Source: Saprospiraceae bacterium (GTDB lineage Bacteria; Bacteroidota; Bacteroidia; Chitinophagales; Saprospiraceae). From it: a DNA stretch of 64,000 bases. The number at the start of each line of letters is the position of its first letter. The stretch's first letter is position 1. Positions 21,449 to 30,191 of this stretch are shown piece by piece. Position numbers and translations under genes: made by a program. The stretch spans positions 777 to 64,776 of the forward strand of contig JAGPCT010000005.1 in assembly GCA_018057925.1 (NCBI GenBank). Direction: 5' to 3'. A model generated the notes under the pieces. It had not been told where the DNA came from and ran no database searches. It worked only from the letters and a program-made list of their open reading frames with translations.

Positions 21449-21757
21449 TTATGTCAACTTGACCTGGATATCGACACCACTTGGCAGTTCCAATCTCGAA
21501 AGAGCATCTACGGTTTTCTGCGTTGGAGTATATATCTCAATCAAACGTTTGTGGGTACGCATTGAAAACTGCTCTCGAGATTTCTTATTCACGTGTGGCG
21601 AGCGCAACACGGTAAACATTTTTTTCTCGGTAGGCAGCGGAATCGGACCCGTTACAACAGCACCACTTGAGCGGACTGTCTTAACTATTTTCTCCGTAGA
21701 AATGTCCACTAAATTGTGATCATAAGAACGAAGTTTAATTCTAATTTTCTGATTCAT
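21449..21757 (-). CDS. rpsJ: 30S ribosomal protein S10
   Basis: [18 protein letters not shown]...[12 protein letters not shown]. Confidence 0.98.
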   Translation of the reverse strand: MNQKIRIKLRSYDHNLVDISTEKIVKTVRSSGAVVTGPIPLPTEKKMFTVLRSPHVNKKSREQFSMRTHKRLIEIYTPTQKTVDALSRLELPSGVDIQVKLT

Positions 21758-21808
21758 ATCCTAATTAAATTATATGTGGATGCTCTCTGTTTTCTTCTTA
21801 AAGTGGCG

Positions 21809-21816
21809 CAAAGGTA
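21809..21816 (-). promoter_or_regulatory. candidate S10-operon -7 promoter box (TACCTTTG on minus strand)
   Basis: TAnnTTTG match 51 nt upstream of the rpsJ ATG. Preceded on the transcribed strand by several A-tracts (UP-element-like). Confidence 0.35.
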
Positions 21817-22236
21817 TAAAACATTTTAATAGTGGCAATATTTTTTCATGTTTTTTTTACAAAATATTTTACTTTTTTCTCTTGTCATCCTTTATTTCTC
21901 CCCATTTCCTTTTTTTATTTGCATGTACCTTGCCTACTTGCTTATTATTTATATGGCATTCTTTCCATATCGGCAAATTTTATCCTATAATCTAAAGAAG
22001 ACTCAATCATTATTAGAATTTTTACTAAAAACTATTTCTACCCAATAATTTTTGCAAAAAAAATCAAGTTCAGTGCTATTAATGTAATATCTCGTCATAA
22101 TAATGGCTATAGAATTAGGCTTTCACCGCAACGATTACCCAATTATTAAAAACGAATGACTATTTAAAGTTAAGTGACGAAGTCAAGAACTATTTGGGTT
22201 AATAGCTTGGACCTTGAGTTGCGGACAAATCTTTTA

Positions 22237-22602
22237 TCAATTATTTTTCCTGAAAAAAAGTTCGGCATAATCCACTTCATCAAAACCCAAAACCAATACT
22301 TTACCATTATTATCTTCTATGAGTGGTCGCTTAATGATGGAAGGTTGAGATGACATAAGCTTTATCGCATAATTTACATCATTAGTCTGGGCTTTTTCTT
22401 CATCTGAAAGCCTCCTATAAGTAAGGCCTTGTCTGTTCAAAAGTCGATCCAGAGGGATTTGTTTCAACCATTGTTTAAGTTTTTCCGCGTCCACTCTATG
22501 CTTCTTGTAATCGTAAAAAGAATATTCTATTCCGTGATTTTCAAGCCATGTACGAGATTTTTTCACTGTATTACAATTAGGTATGCCATATAAGGTTATC
22601 AT
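22237..22602 (-). CDS. ArsC/Spx family protein (YffB-like)
   Basis: 121 aa. N-terminus MITLYGIPNCNTVKKSRTWLENHGIEY is typical of the ArsC family thioredoxin-like fold. Confidence 0.8.
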   Translation of the reverse strand: MITLYGIPNCNTVKKSRTWLENHGIEYSFYDYKKHRVDAEKLKQWLKQIPLDRLLNRQGLTYRRLSDEEKAQTNDVNYAIKLMSSQPSIIKRPLIEDNNGKVLVLGFDEVDYAELFFRKNN

Positions 22603-22729
22603 AAGTCAAGATTTTATTTTTAACATCATCCATTTAAAATCCCAAAGTTCAAATATTAAAATCGTATATTAATGATATTGATAAAACAAAATTAAAAAAT
22701 AGTCATTACATATCCATAATGAACTAAGC

Positions 22730-23500
22730 ATGACTATCCGAACAGAACAGGATATTATCGGGATGAAGCAAGCCAGTGAAGCAGCCGCAAAGACTTTACG
22801 TTTAATGAAGGCATATTGCGCACCCGGAATGACGACGAGGGATGTCGATCAATATGGTGGAGAAATTATCAAAAGCTGTGGAGCCCGATCAGCCCCCATA
22901 TTGGCTTACCGATTCCCGGGATTCACTTGTATTAGCGTCAATGAAGTTGCGGCTCATGGAATTCCATCTTCCAATAAAGTCTTGAAAAATGGAGATTTGG
23001 TCAATATCGACGTTTCGGTCGAATTAGATGGCTATTGGTCTGATAATGGCTGTTCCTTTATTTTAGGAGAGGACTATTTTCATTTATCAGATCTGGTAAA
23101 CGCATCCAAAACTATATTAAAAGAGGCAATTAATTTGATCTGTCATAATTATAAAATGTCGAATTTAGGTGGATTTATTGAATCTCAGGCTACAGCAAAA
23201 GGCTACCATGTAATTAGGAATCTCAATGGACATGGGATAGGAAAAAGTCTTCATGAAGATCCGCGTGAAATAGCCAATTACAAGGATATACTGAATATCA
23301 GAAAATTTAAAAAGGATATGGTTGTTGCTATAGAAACGTTTATCTCAACCAAAAGTACGCAAGTTAAAGCGGAAAAAGATGGTTGGTCATTGGTTGGAAC
23401 CAAGGGAGGATTTGTGGCTCAACATGAGCACACCATTCTAATCACGGAAGATAAACCAATTATCCTAACAGCTGCAAATGGTATTTGGGACGAAATTTAA
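22730..23500 (+). CDS. type I methionine aminopeptidase, second paralogue
   Basis: 256 aa. Pita-bread fold ligand pattern is intact (AAHGIP, VNIDVS, WSDNG, NGHGIG, VAIETF, QHEHT). Confidence 0.85.
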   Translation: MTIRTEQDIIGMKQASEAAAKTLRLMKAYCAPGMTTRDVDQYGGEIIKSCGARSAPILAYRFPGFTCISVNEVAAHGIPSSNKVLKNGDLVNIDVSVELDGYWSDNGCSFILGEDYFHLSDLVNASKTILKEAINLICHNYKMSNLGGFIESQATAKGYHVIRNLNGHGIGKSLHEDPREIANYKDILNIRKFKKDMVVAIETFISTKSTQVKAEKDGWSLVGTKGGFVAQHEHTILITEDKPIILTAANGIWDEI

Positions 23501-23531
23501 TTTGCACTGACCCAAATTCAAATAATAGGTA

Positions 23532-23560
23532 CAATTTTGTCTTTAAAAGGAATTCGTTTT
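23532..23560 (-). repeat. degenerate solo end of repeat family A
   Basis: caattttgtctttaaaaggaattcgtttt resembles the family-A end ...ttgcctttaagaggaattcgggttt. Intergenic, just after the map paralogue. Confidence 0.3.
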
Positions 23561-23816
23561 AAGCTACTACTTAGATTTTAGTCGGAAAGATGAATAATAT
23601 TAATAACCATCTCAACAAAAAACATATCATTGAATTTATTATTGAAGGTGTTCAAATTAAATGGGTTATGCTTGCCGTCCACTTTTCATTTTAAATAATT
23701 CTATACTTAATTGTATGAAATCTATGAACAAAAGATTACATAGTACATTAAAAGGGAAAAGGGTTTAACTAAAAATATTTCAAAATATAACTTTACCCAA
23801 TAAAAATATCAATTAG

Positions 23817-24746
23817 ATGGAATATATTGATTATTATAATGTTTTGGGCGTAGATAAGAATGCCACAAATAAAGAAATAAAATCAGCATACCGTAAATTG
23901 GCGCGCAAGTATCACCCTGACCTCAATTCAGGCGATAAAGATGCTGAGAAAAAATTCAAAGAAATAAATGAAGCCAATGAAGTCTTGACCAATGAAGAAA
24001 ATCGTAAAAAGTATGATCAATATGGCAAAGATTGGCAGCATGCTGAGGAAATTGAAAAAATGAAGCGCCAGCAAGGTGGATCTCAATCTTATGCATCCGA
24101 AAGGGGTGGATTCGGAGATTTTGGTGGCTTTCAAGGGTCTGGGTCTGGCTTTGGCAATGGAGATGACTTTTCTGACTTTTTCCATTCTATGTTTGGAAGA
24201 AGTGGTGGAACACAAGGAAGAACAGCCCGAAAATTCAAAGGTCAAGACTACAATGCCGTGTTACAGTTAAATCTGACCGACACATTGCAATCACAACAAC
24301 AGGTAATTGAAGTCAATCAGCAGAAATTAAGAATAACCATACCGGCCGGACTTGAAGATGGTCAAGTCATTAAAATATCAGGAAAAGGAAGTCCCGGGCA
24401 TAATGGCGGACCAAGTGGCGATCTATATATACGGTTTGACATCCATAATAACACTCACTTCAGACGTGAAGGAGCCAATTTACATCAAAGTGTACATCTT
24501 GACCTTTATACTGCTTTGCTGGGAGGCGATATCTTGGTAAAAACCATTTATGGTCAGGTAAAGCTTAAGGTAAAGCCGGAAACTGCTAATGGTTCTAAAG
24601 TAAAGCTCAAAGGGAAAGGAATGCCAAAATATAAAGCAGAAGGACAATATGGCGACTTGATTATAACATTTGAAATCATCAATCCTACTCATCTTACTGA
24701 AAAAGAAAAGGAATTATTTACTCAACTTAAAAACCTGAGAAACTAA
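23817..24746 (+). CDS. cbpA: J-domain co-chaperone, CbpA-like (no zinc-finger domain)
   Basis: J domain with HPD (YRKLARKYHPDLN), Gly/Phe-rich linker and DnaJ C-terminal domains. No CxxCxGxG repeats. Confidence 0.88.
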   Translation: MEYIDYYNVLGVDKNATNKEIKSAYRKLARKYHPDLNSGDKDAEKKFKEINEANEVLTNEENRKKYDQYGKDWQHAEEIEKMKRQQGGSQSYASERGGFGDFGGFQGSGSGFGNGDDFSDFFHSMFGRSGGTQGRTARKFKGQDYNAVLQLNLTDTLQSQQQVIEVNQQKLRITIPAGLEDGQVIKISGKGSPGHNGGPSGDLYIRFDIHNNTHFRREGANLHQSVHLDLYTALLGGDILVKTIYGQVKLKVKPETANGSKVKLKGKGMPKYKAEGQYGDLIITFEIINPTHLTEKEKELFTQLKNLRN

Positions 24747-25072
24747 TGGACAACAATTATATTTTGGTAAAAACCATCTGCCACCATTATGAGATAAGTG
24801 AAAAGATGGTAGAACAGCTTCATGAATTTGACTTCATACAATTTTATATGGAAAATGATGAGGAATACATGGACGGGCAGCAACTAAGTAAATTGGAGCA
24901 AATATTAAATCTGCACAATGACTTGGGCGTTAATTTTGAAGGAATTGATGTCGCCTTCCATTTGATAGAAAAAATTCAACAAATGGAGTCAGAAATAAAA
25001 ACATTAAAAAGCCGTTTACACTCTTTTGACACTGATATGGGAGAAGAAATAGATTTTATTCAAATGTTATAA
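24746..25072 (+). CDS. cbpM: chaperone modulatory protein CbpM-like (MerR-type fold)
   Basis: 108 aa. Overlaps the cbpA stop by 1 nt (TAATG). The call rests on size, position and helical acidic character. Confidence 0.65.
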   Translation: MDNNYILVKTICHHYEISEKMVEQLHEFDFIQFYMENDEEYMDGQQLSKLEQILNLHNDLGVNFEGIDVAFHLIEKIQQMESEIKTLKSRLHSFDTDMGEEIDFIQML

Positions 25073-25287
25073 AAGAAAATTATCTAATTTGCTTACCGGT
25101 TATAGAGATTTTATCACTCTTTGTAGGTAGATAATTCTACACCAAAAAGTTAAACCTACCGTTATTTTTAAAAGCTTAATCTAAATCAAAGATGAATGAT
25201 AGTAAAATTCATTTTTGGATTTAATACTAAGTTCGCATTTGATATTTATATCTAATCATAAAATAAAACAACTAAAATCAGAATACG

Positions 25288-25830
25288 ATGGCAAGCGAAG
25301 CAGAACAAATTCTTACGGACGAAGTAGTACAATTAAAGAAATTGCGACAGATTGTCAAAAATTCCATAGAAGATGAAAATCTGATAATGGAAAATTTAGC
25401 CCATCCACCTTCAGAAATACTCAATATGGGCCAAAGAATATCAGACAAAATAGCACGGTTTGGGGGGAGCTGGACATTTATCATTTTCTTTTTAATTATT
25501 TTGGTTACTTGGATTATTATTAACTTTGCGCTGCCAAAGCCTGATAGATTTGATCCATATCCATTTATATTAATGAATCTGGTGTTATCGTGTATTGCAG
25601 CATTGCAAGCTCCAATTATTATGATGAGCCAAAATAGGCAAGAAGAGAAAGATCGGAAGCAAAATGTAAATGATTATATGGTCAACTTAAAATCTGAACT
25701 TCAGATAAGGGCGTTGCATCAAAAAGTTGACTTATTATTGGAAGAACAGATTAAAGTCCTATATGAAAGTCAAGCAAAACAATTGGATTTGCTGCAATCA
25801 CTCATTGATAAAATAGAAAAAAAAGATTAA
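25288..25830 (+). CDS. DUF1003-like membrane protein
   Basis: Two transmembrane helices followed by ...ALQAPIIMMSQNRQEEKDR... and a C-terminal coiled coil. Confidence 0.7.
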   Translation: MASEAEQILTDEVVQLKKLRQIVKNSIEDENLIMENLAHPPSEILNMGQRISDKIARFGGSWTFIIFFLIILVTWIIINFALPKPDRFDPYPFILMNLVLSCIAALQAPIIMMSQNRQEEKDRKQNVNDYMVNLKSELQIRALHQKVDLLLEEQIKVLYESQAKQLDLLQSLIDKIEKKD

Positions 25831-25834
25831 AAAT

Positions 25835-27034
25835 ATGCCGTTATTATCTGACAAAGCACTTCAAATGCCGCCATCTCCAATCCGAAAACTTGTTCCTTAT
25901 TCCGAAAAGGCTAGAAGTCAAGGAAAACACGTAATTCATCTCAATATAGGACAACCGGACATTGAAACGCCACTCATAGCGCGTGATGCCATCAAAAATA
26001 CTGATATTCATGTACTGGAATATTCGCATTCTGCCGGATTTGCTTCGTATCGCGAGGGTCTGACCAAATATTATGCCAAATATAATATTGATATCACAGC
26101 AGACGAAATAATTGTAACGACCGGAGGTTCTGAAGCACTTTTATTTGCCTTCTTTGTATGCCTAAATCCAGGTGATGAAATCATCATACCAGAACCATTT
26201 TATGCTAATTATAACGGTTTTGCAGTGGCGGCCGGCATAAAAGTAATCCCTGTCACATCAACAATTGACAATGGCTTTGCATTACCACCCATTTCAGAAA
26301 TAGAAAAGAAAATAACTTCCCGCACCAAGGCAGTGTTGATATGTAATCCCGGAAATCCAACCGGATATCTATATTCGCAAGAGGAGCTAGAACAATTAAG
26401 TAAAATAATAAAATCGCATGACTTGTTCTTATTTGCAGATGAGGTTTACCGCGAATTTTGTTATGATGGAGCCCACCCATTTTCAGTTATGAATCTAAAA
26501 GATATAGAGCAAAATGTCGTATTAGTTGACTCTGTATCAAAGAGATATTCTATGTGTGGTGCTCGTATCGGTGCTTTGATTTCTAAAAATAAAGAAATCA
26601 TTCAATCTGCCCTTAAATTCGGCCAAGCGCGGTTATCTCCGCCGACATACGCTCAGATAGCAGCAGAGGCAGCCCTCGGTACACCTCAGTCTTATTTTGA
26701 TCAGGTAATTCATGAATATGTAGCAAGGCGCAACACACTGGTAGAGGGACTTAATCGAATAAAAGGTGTAAAATGTCCAATGCCTAAAGGTGCTTTTTAT
26801 TGTATCGCTGAGTTTCCAGTTGAAGACACTGAACACTTTTGTCAGTGGCTTTTAGAATCATTTGAGTATGAAGGCAATACAGTGATGATGGCGCCACTTA
26901 GCGGCTTTTATGCTACACCCGGATTGGGAAAAAAGGAAGCACGGCTTGCGTATGTCTTAGACCGAAAAGAAATCGAGATGGCAGTTAAATGTCTCGAAAA
27001 AGCCTTGGAAGTGTATCCACATACCACATATTAG
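25835..27034 (+). CDS. class I/II pyridoxal-phosphate-dependent aminotransferase (aspartate aminotransferase-like)
   Basis: 399 aa. PLP-lysine context VDSVSKRYSMCGARIG, plus NPGNPTG. Confidence 0.88.
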   Translation: MPLLSDKALQMPPSPIRKLVPYSEKARSQGKHVIHLNIGQPDIETPLIARDAIKNTDIHVLEYSHSAGFASYREGLTKYYAKYNIDITADEIIVTTGGSEALLFAFFVCLNPGDEIIIPEPFYANYNGFAVAAGIKVIPVTSTIDNGFALPPISEIEKKITSRTKAVLICNPGNPTGYLYSQEELEQLSKIIKSHDLFLFADEVYREFCYDGAHPFSVMNLKDIEQNVVLVDSVSKRYSMCGARIGALISKNKEIIQSALKFGQARLSPPTYAQIAAEAALGTPQSYFDQVIHEYVARRNTLVEGLNRIKGVKCPMPKGAFYCIAEFPVEDTEHFCQWLLESFEYEGNTVMMAPLSGFYATPGLGKKEARLAYVLDRKEIEMAVKCLEKALEVYPHTTY

Positions 27035-27046
27035 TTGGCTTTAACC

Positions 27047-27090
27047 CCAATTCCTTTTAAAGTCAATACTTTGCATATAAAAGGAATTGG
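27047..27090 (+). repeat. stand-alone anchored hairpin (perfect 13-bp stem)
   Basis: ccaattcctttta (27047-27059) pairs with taaaaggaattgg (27078-27090). Preceded by AACCCC, so it reads AACCCCAATTCC like the other anchored elements. Lies 13 nt after the aminotransferase stop. Confidence 0.6.
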
Positions 27091-27107
27091 ACTTCATTCA
27101 ATCCAAA

Positions 27108-27195
27108 TTCAGCAGTATTGGTTTTGAAAAACCGTATAATGTTGATTATGAGTCGTACATCGATTCCGCATTTGTCTTATGTGGAATTTGGGTTC
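27108..27195 (-). repeat. intergenic structured repeat, family B copy 2 (inverted)
   Basis: The reverse complement aligns with 5906-5995, with scattered mismatches by eye. Confidence 0.65.
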
Positions 27196-27363
27196 AAGTT
27201 TTAAATTATTGGAAGGCTTATAATTTGAAAATAGAATAATTGAAATATATGAGCACTGAAATGAAGAAATATCAATCCTTTCACAAAGTTTGTTAAAATA
27301 TATACATGAGTAGTAGGAAATTTTAAATAAATAATTTAATTTTACCGTATAAAATACTCTACC

Positions 27364-28290
27364 ATGTCTGATGTTGCTCTAATTCCTTTTTTACCAAGAA
27401 TAAAGTTGCAAGAACAACTTAGCTCTCTCGTTGAAAATCGTGAGATATATTGTCTCAAATCCTGCGAATTAAATATTTTCGAAACACATCAAGTTGCTGA
27501 AAATGTCGAACTTCAATTTAGTGATATGATTGTAGCCAGTATGTTAAGGGGAAAAAAGTTGATAAAAAACGATCTGGGGGAAAAGGTGGAATTTGTTCCA
27601 GGAGAATCTGCCTTAGCAGCACCTAATAGTAAAACATGCATTGATTTTCCGGAAGCATCGGAATTTAACCCAACACAATGTATTGCCCTTGCATTGGATT
27701 ATCAAAAAGTGGCAGAAATAACAAATTTACTCAACGAAAAGTATCCGCAACCAGATATTGAAATGTTTTGGCAGTTAAATTACGATAATTTTTTCTTCAA
27801 AAATAATGTCGAAATAGCGAATATCCTTGGTAAGATCATCCAGACCTGTCAAAGTGATGATTTGTTTAAAGATGCTATAGCCGACTTGGGCATTCAGGAA
27901 CTTATCGTCAAAATCATCCAGTTCCAAAGTCTCGATAGCATGATCAATAATGGAAATAAAAAAATCAACCCCCAATTGATGCTTGCCATCGAATTTATCA
28001 AGTCTAACTTACCCAATAAGTTGAATTTGCAGTTAGTTGCAAAAAAAATCGGAATGAGCTCATCCTCCATGTATAGGCTTTTTAAAACAGAACTCGGCAT
28101 TAGCCCTATGGAATTTATCATCATGGAAAGAATCAAACTTGCTAAATTATACCTTTCTGATAAACATAACTTTGTTAAAAATGTTAGCTATGAAGTCGGA
28201 TTTGATGACACTAATTATTTTATTAGAATCTTTAAACATTATGAAGGAGTCACACCTAAAAAATATCAACAAAGCATAATAAATAGTTGA
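27364..28290 (+). CDS. AraC family transcriptional regulator
   Basis: C-terminal dual HTH (LQLVAKKIGMSSSSMYRLFK...VGFDDTNYFIRIFKHYEGVTPKKY). Confidence 0.88.
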   Translation: MSDVALIPFLPRIKLQEQLSSLVENREIYCLKSCELNIFETHQVAENVELQFSDMIVASMLRGKKLIKNDLGEKVEFVPGESALAAPNSKTCIDFPEASEFNPTQCIALALDYQKVAEITNLLNEKYPQPDIEMFWQLNYDNFFFKNNVEIANILGKIIQTCQSDDLFKDAIADLGIQELIVKIIQFQSLDSMINNGNKKINPQLMLAIEFIKSNLPNKLNLQLVAKKIGMSSSSMYRLFKTELGISPMEFIIMERIKLAKLYLSDKHNFVKNVSYEVGFDDTNYFIRIFKHYEGVTPKKYQQSIINS

Positions 28291-28450
28291 TTCTTTCTTC
28301 CGACTTTACTTACACATTTATTTTATATGATATGCAAAACTATGTGTAATACAATCATTTCGATAAAAAAGCACCCTCCAAATCAACTAATTTTATTAAA
28401 TCCTGCTATTATTTGAATAAATTATGCTACAAAAGCATGTAATTCGCTCT

Positions 28451-28458
28451 TATCTTTG
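28451..28458 (+). promoter_or_regulatory. candidate orphan -7 promoter box (TATCTTTG)
   Basis: Same octamer as upstream of dcp, pyrR, rimO and rplP. No annotated gene lies downstream on this strand. Confidence 0.3.
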
Positions 28459-28589
28459 TAACATAATATAAACATTGCCTTACTTTATAATTTTCAAAAA
28501 TAAATATGGTGAAAAGTTGCCGTGTTAAAATGTTTCTAAATTAATGTAAGACATTTATCGTTTCTTCTCTACTTCCCCAAATACTATTA

Positions 28590-28632
28590 TACTTTCATTC
28601 AAATTCATTTCATAATAATGTGAATGAAAGTA
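28590..28632 (+). promoter_or_regulatory. perfect 12-bp hairpin that includes the ATG at 28624
   Basis: tactttcattca (28590-28601) pairs with tgaatgaaagta (28621-28632). The loop is 19 nt. Confidence 0.5.
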
Positions 28633-28725
28633 AAAGTATTTTGTACTTTAAATCAAGTTGTTTTATCAACAGTATTTATAGATACATTTTTTATTTTAAT
28701 TGTGTGTGTGTGTGCGAATTTTTAA
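28624..28725 (+). CDS. candidate 33-codon small hydrophobic peptide ORF (speculative)
   Basis: My hand translation gives MKVKVFCTLNQVVLSTVFIDTFFILIVCVCANF. It is flanked by a promoter-like box upstream and an intrinsic terminator downstream. There is no conservation evidence. Confidence 0.2.
   Translation: MKVKVFCTLNQVVLSTVFIDTFFILIVCVCANF
28701..28714. repeat. (TG)7 dinucleotide microsatellite
   Basis: tgtgtgtgtgtgtg read directly from the sequence. It lies inside the candidate small ORF, where it encodes VCVC. Confidence 0.95.
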
Positions 28726-28784
28726 TAAGAGATACTACCTCATAATTTTAATTCAGCACAATTTTATTTGTGAGTATTAGGACT

Positions 28785-28829
28785 AAGGCAATTTAACCAA
28801 AAGGATTAAATTGCCTTATCCTTTTTTGT
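28785..28829 (+). terminator. intrinsic terminator (12-bp perfect stem plus T6)
   Basis: aaggcaatttaa (28785-28796) pairs with ttaaattgcctt (28806-28817), followed by atcctttttt. An alternative pairing is 28799-28806 with 28818-28825. Confidence 0.6.
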
Positions 28830-28893
28830 ACTTACATTGTACATAACCAATCGAAAACATTATATTTCTTCAAATATTTCGCTCCCAATTTAA

Positions 28894-30183
28894 CTACCAA
28901 ATAAATTTAATCGGGATGTCTATGACAGACCTGACCGGTTGTTTTTTGTAAAGCGGAGGATTCCATTTAGGCATCTTCCTAAACACACTTGAAAGGGCAT
29001 CTTCCATCTCCGGCATAATAGGCTTCAAATAAGTTATCAGTTCGATTTTTCCTTTTGAATCAAAGTTTAACCTGACAACAACTTCCTTTGTTTCTTTTTT
29101 AAAATATTCAGCGACTTGAAGATTATCCATCAGAAATTCAGAAAGTGCTTGTTGTCCGCCAGGAAATTCAGGAATCATCTTAGTTGTCTCATTATTCGAA
29201 TTGCTAACTTTCCATTGCCCATCAGGACTTATACTTATCTCTCTGGTCTTGACATCTCCCTTTGAATCCGATTCTCCAATAGAATGAATGGGCTTTAGTA
29301 TTTTAAAATCCATACTATGCACTACAGCCGAACACAGTGCAATAGCCGGAAAAAAGCTTAAAAATGTTAGCCTACTCCATCCTGTTGATCGGACTTGTTT
29401 CATTTTTAAAAATCTTTGTTTCAAATCAGAAGAAGCAAAATGCTGCGCCAATGTGTGTACTTCACCCATTCGTTGCGTCAACAAAAGCATTCCGTATTCT
29501 TTAACAGACATATTTTCTATTACTGTGGCATCAGCTTGATACTCATGTACCAGACTCAATTGCTTTTTATACCATAATACTATCGGACAGAACCATGTGA
29601 AGATAAACAGCACTTCCGCCAAAAGCAAATCCAATGTATGTTTTTGGCGAATATGTTCTTTCTCATGTAGTAAAATAGCACGATCTGAGGATTCACTTAT
29701 TGTAAGTTTGCGATTAAAAAAAACTCTATTTAAAAATGTGAAAGGTGTCGGGAACAAAGGAGATACAATGACATGTACACCATTCTTATAATATGATATT
29801 CCACTCCTCAAAGCAAGAATTACTTCTAGCAATCTATATGAAAATATCCCGGCGAAACAGGTACATACCATAAAATAGACGCCATAAAGGATACCTGTAT
29901 TCAGTGAAGTAAAATTCAATTCAATTGGTTCAATCGAGGCATTAAAGCCAGAAAGTATATTAATATTTAACCATTCAGCATTGCTTATAATGACATCAGA
30001 ATAGTTAAAAAATTTATTAAATAGGTTTTTTTCTACACCTACAATAACTCCTGCTATCAAAGACATGAGCAAATAAAGTCTTTGCAGGGAATGAAATGTC
30101 GAATTCCGAAGCCACAACCAATAAGGTATATACATCAAAAGCCAAACTATTGTGGCAGTTATTGCAGTGGTCAAGATTACCAT
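28894..30183 (-). CDS. BlaR1/M56 family membrane metallopeptidase sensor with TonB-C-like C-terminal domain
   Basis: 429 aa. Multiple transmembrane helices, HExxH (LLHEKEHIRQKH), and a C-terminal domain with EFPGGQQALSEFL typical of TonB-C-like modules. Confidence 0.85.
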   Translation of the reverse strand: MVILTTAITATIVWLLMYIPYWLWLRNSTFHSLQRLYLLMSLIAGVIVGVEKNLFNKFFNYSDVIISNAEWLNINILSGFNASIEPIELNFTSLNTGILYGVYFMVCTCFAGIFSYRLLEVILALRSGISYYKNGVHVIVSPLFPTPFTFLNRVFFNRKLTISESSDRAILLHEKEHIRQKHTLDLLLAEVLFIFTWFCPIVLWYKKQLSLVHEYQADATVIENMSVKEYGMLLLTQRMGEVHTLAQHFASSDLKQRFLKMKQVRSTGWSRLTFLSFFPAIALCSAVVHSMDFKILKPIHSIGESDSKGDVKTREISISPDGQWKVSNSNNETTKMIPEFPGGQQALSEFLMDNLQVAEYFKKETKEVVVRLNFDSKGKIELITYLKPIMPEMEDALSSVFRKMPKWNPPLYKKQPVRSVIDIPIKFIW

Positions 30184-30191
30184 ATCAATTC

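Noticed and set aside
21774-22048. Two overlapping plus-strand ORFs (73 and 66 aa) in the spacer upstream of rpsJ.
   Set aside because: Their Phe/Leu/Ile-rich products come from a T-rich tract. They overlap each other in different frames, and the region is better explained as promoter or UP-element DNA.
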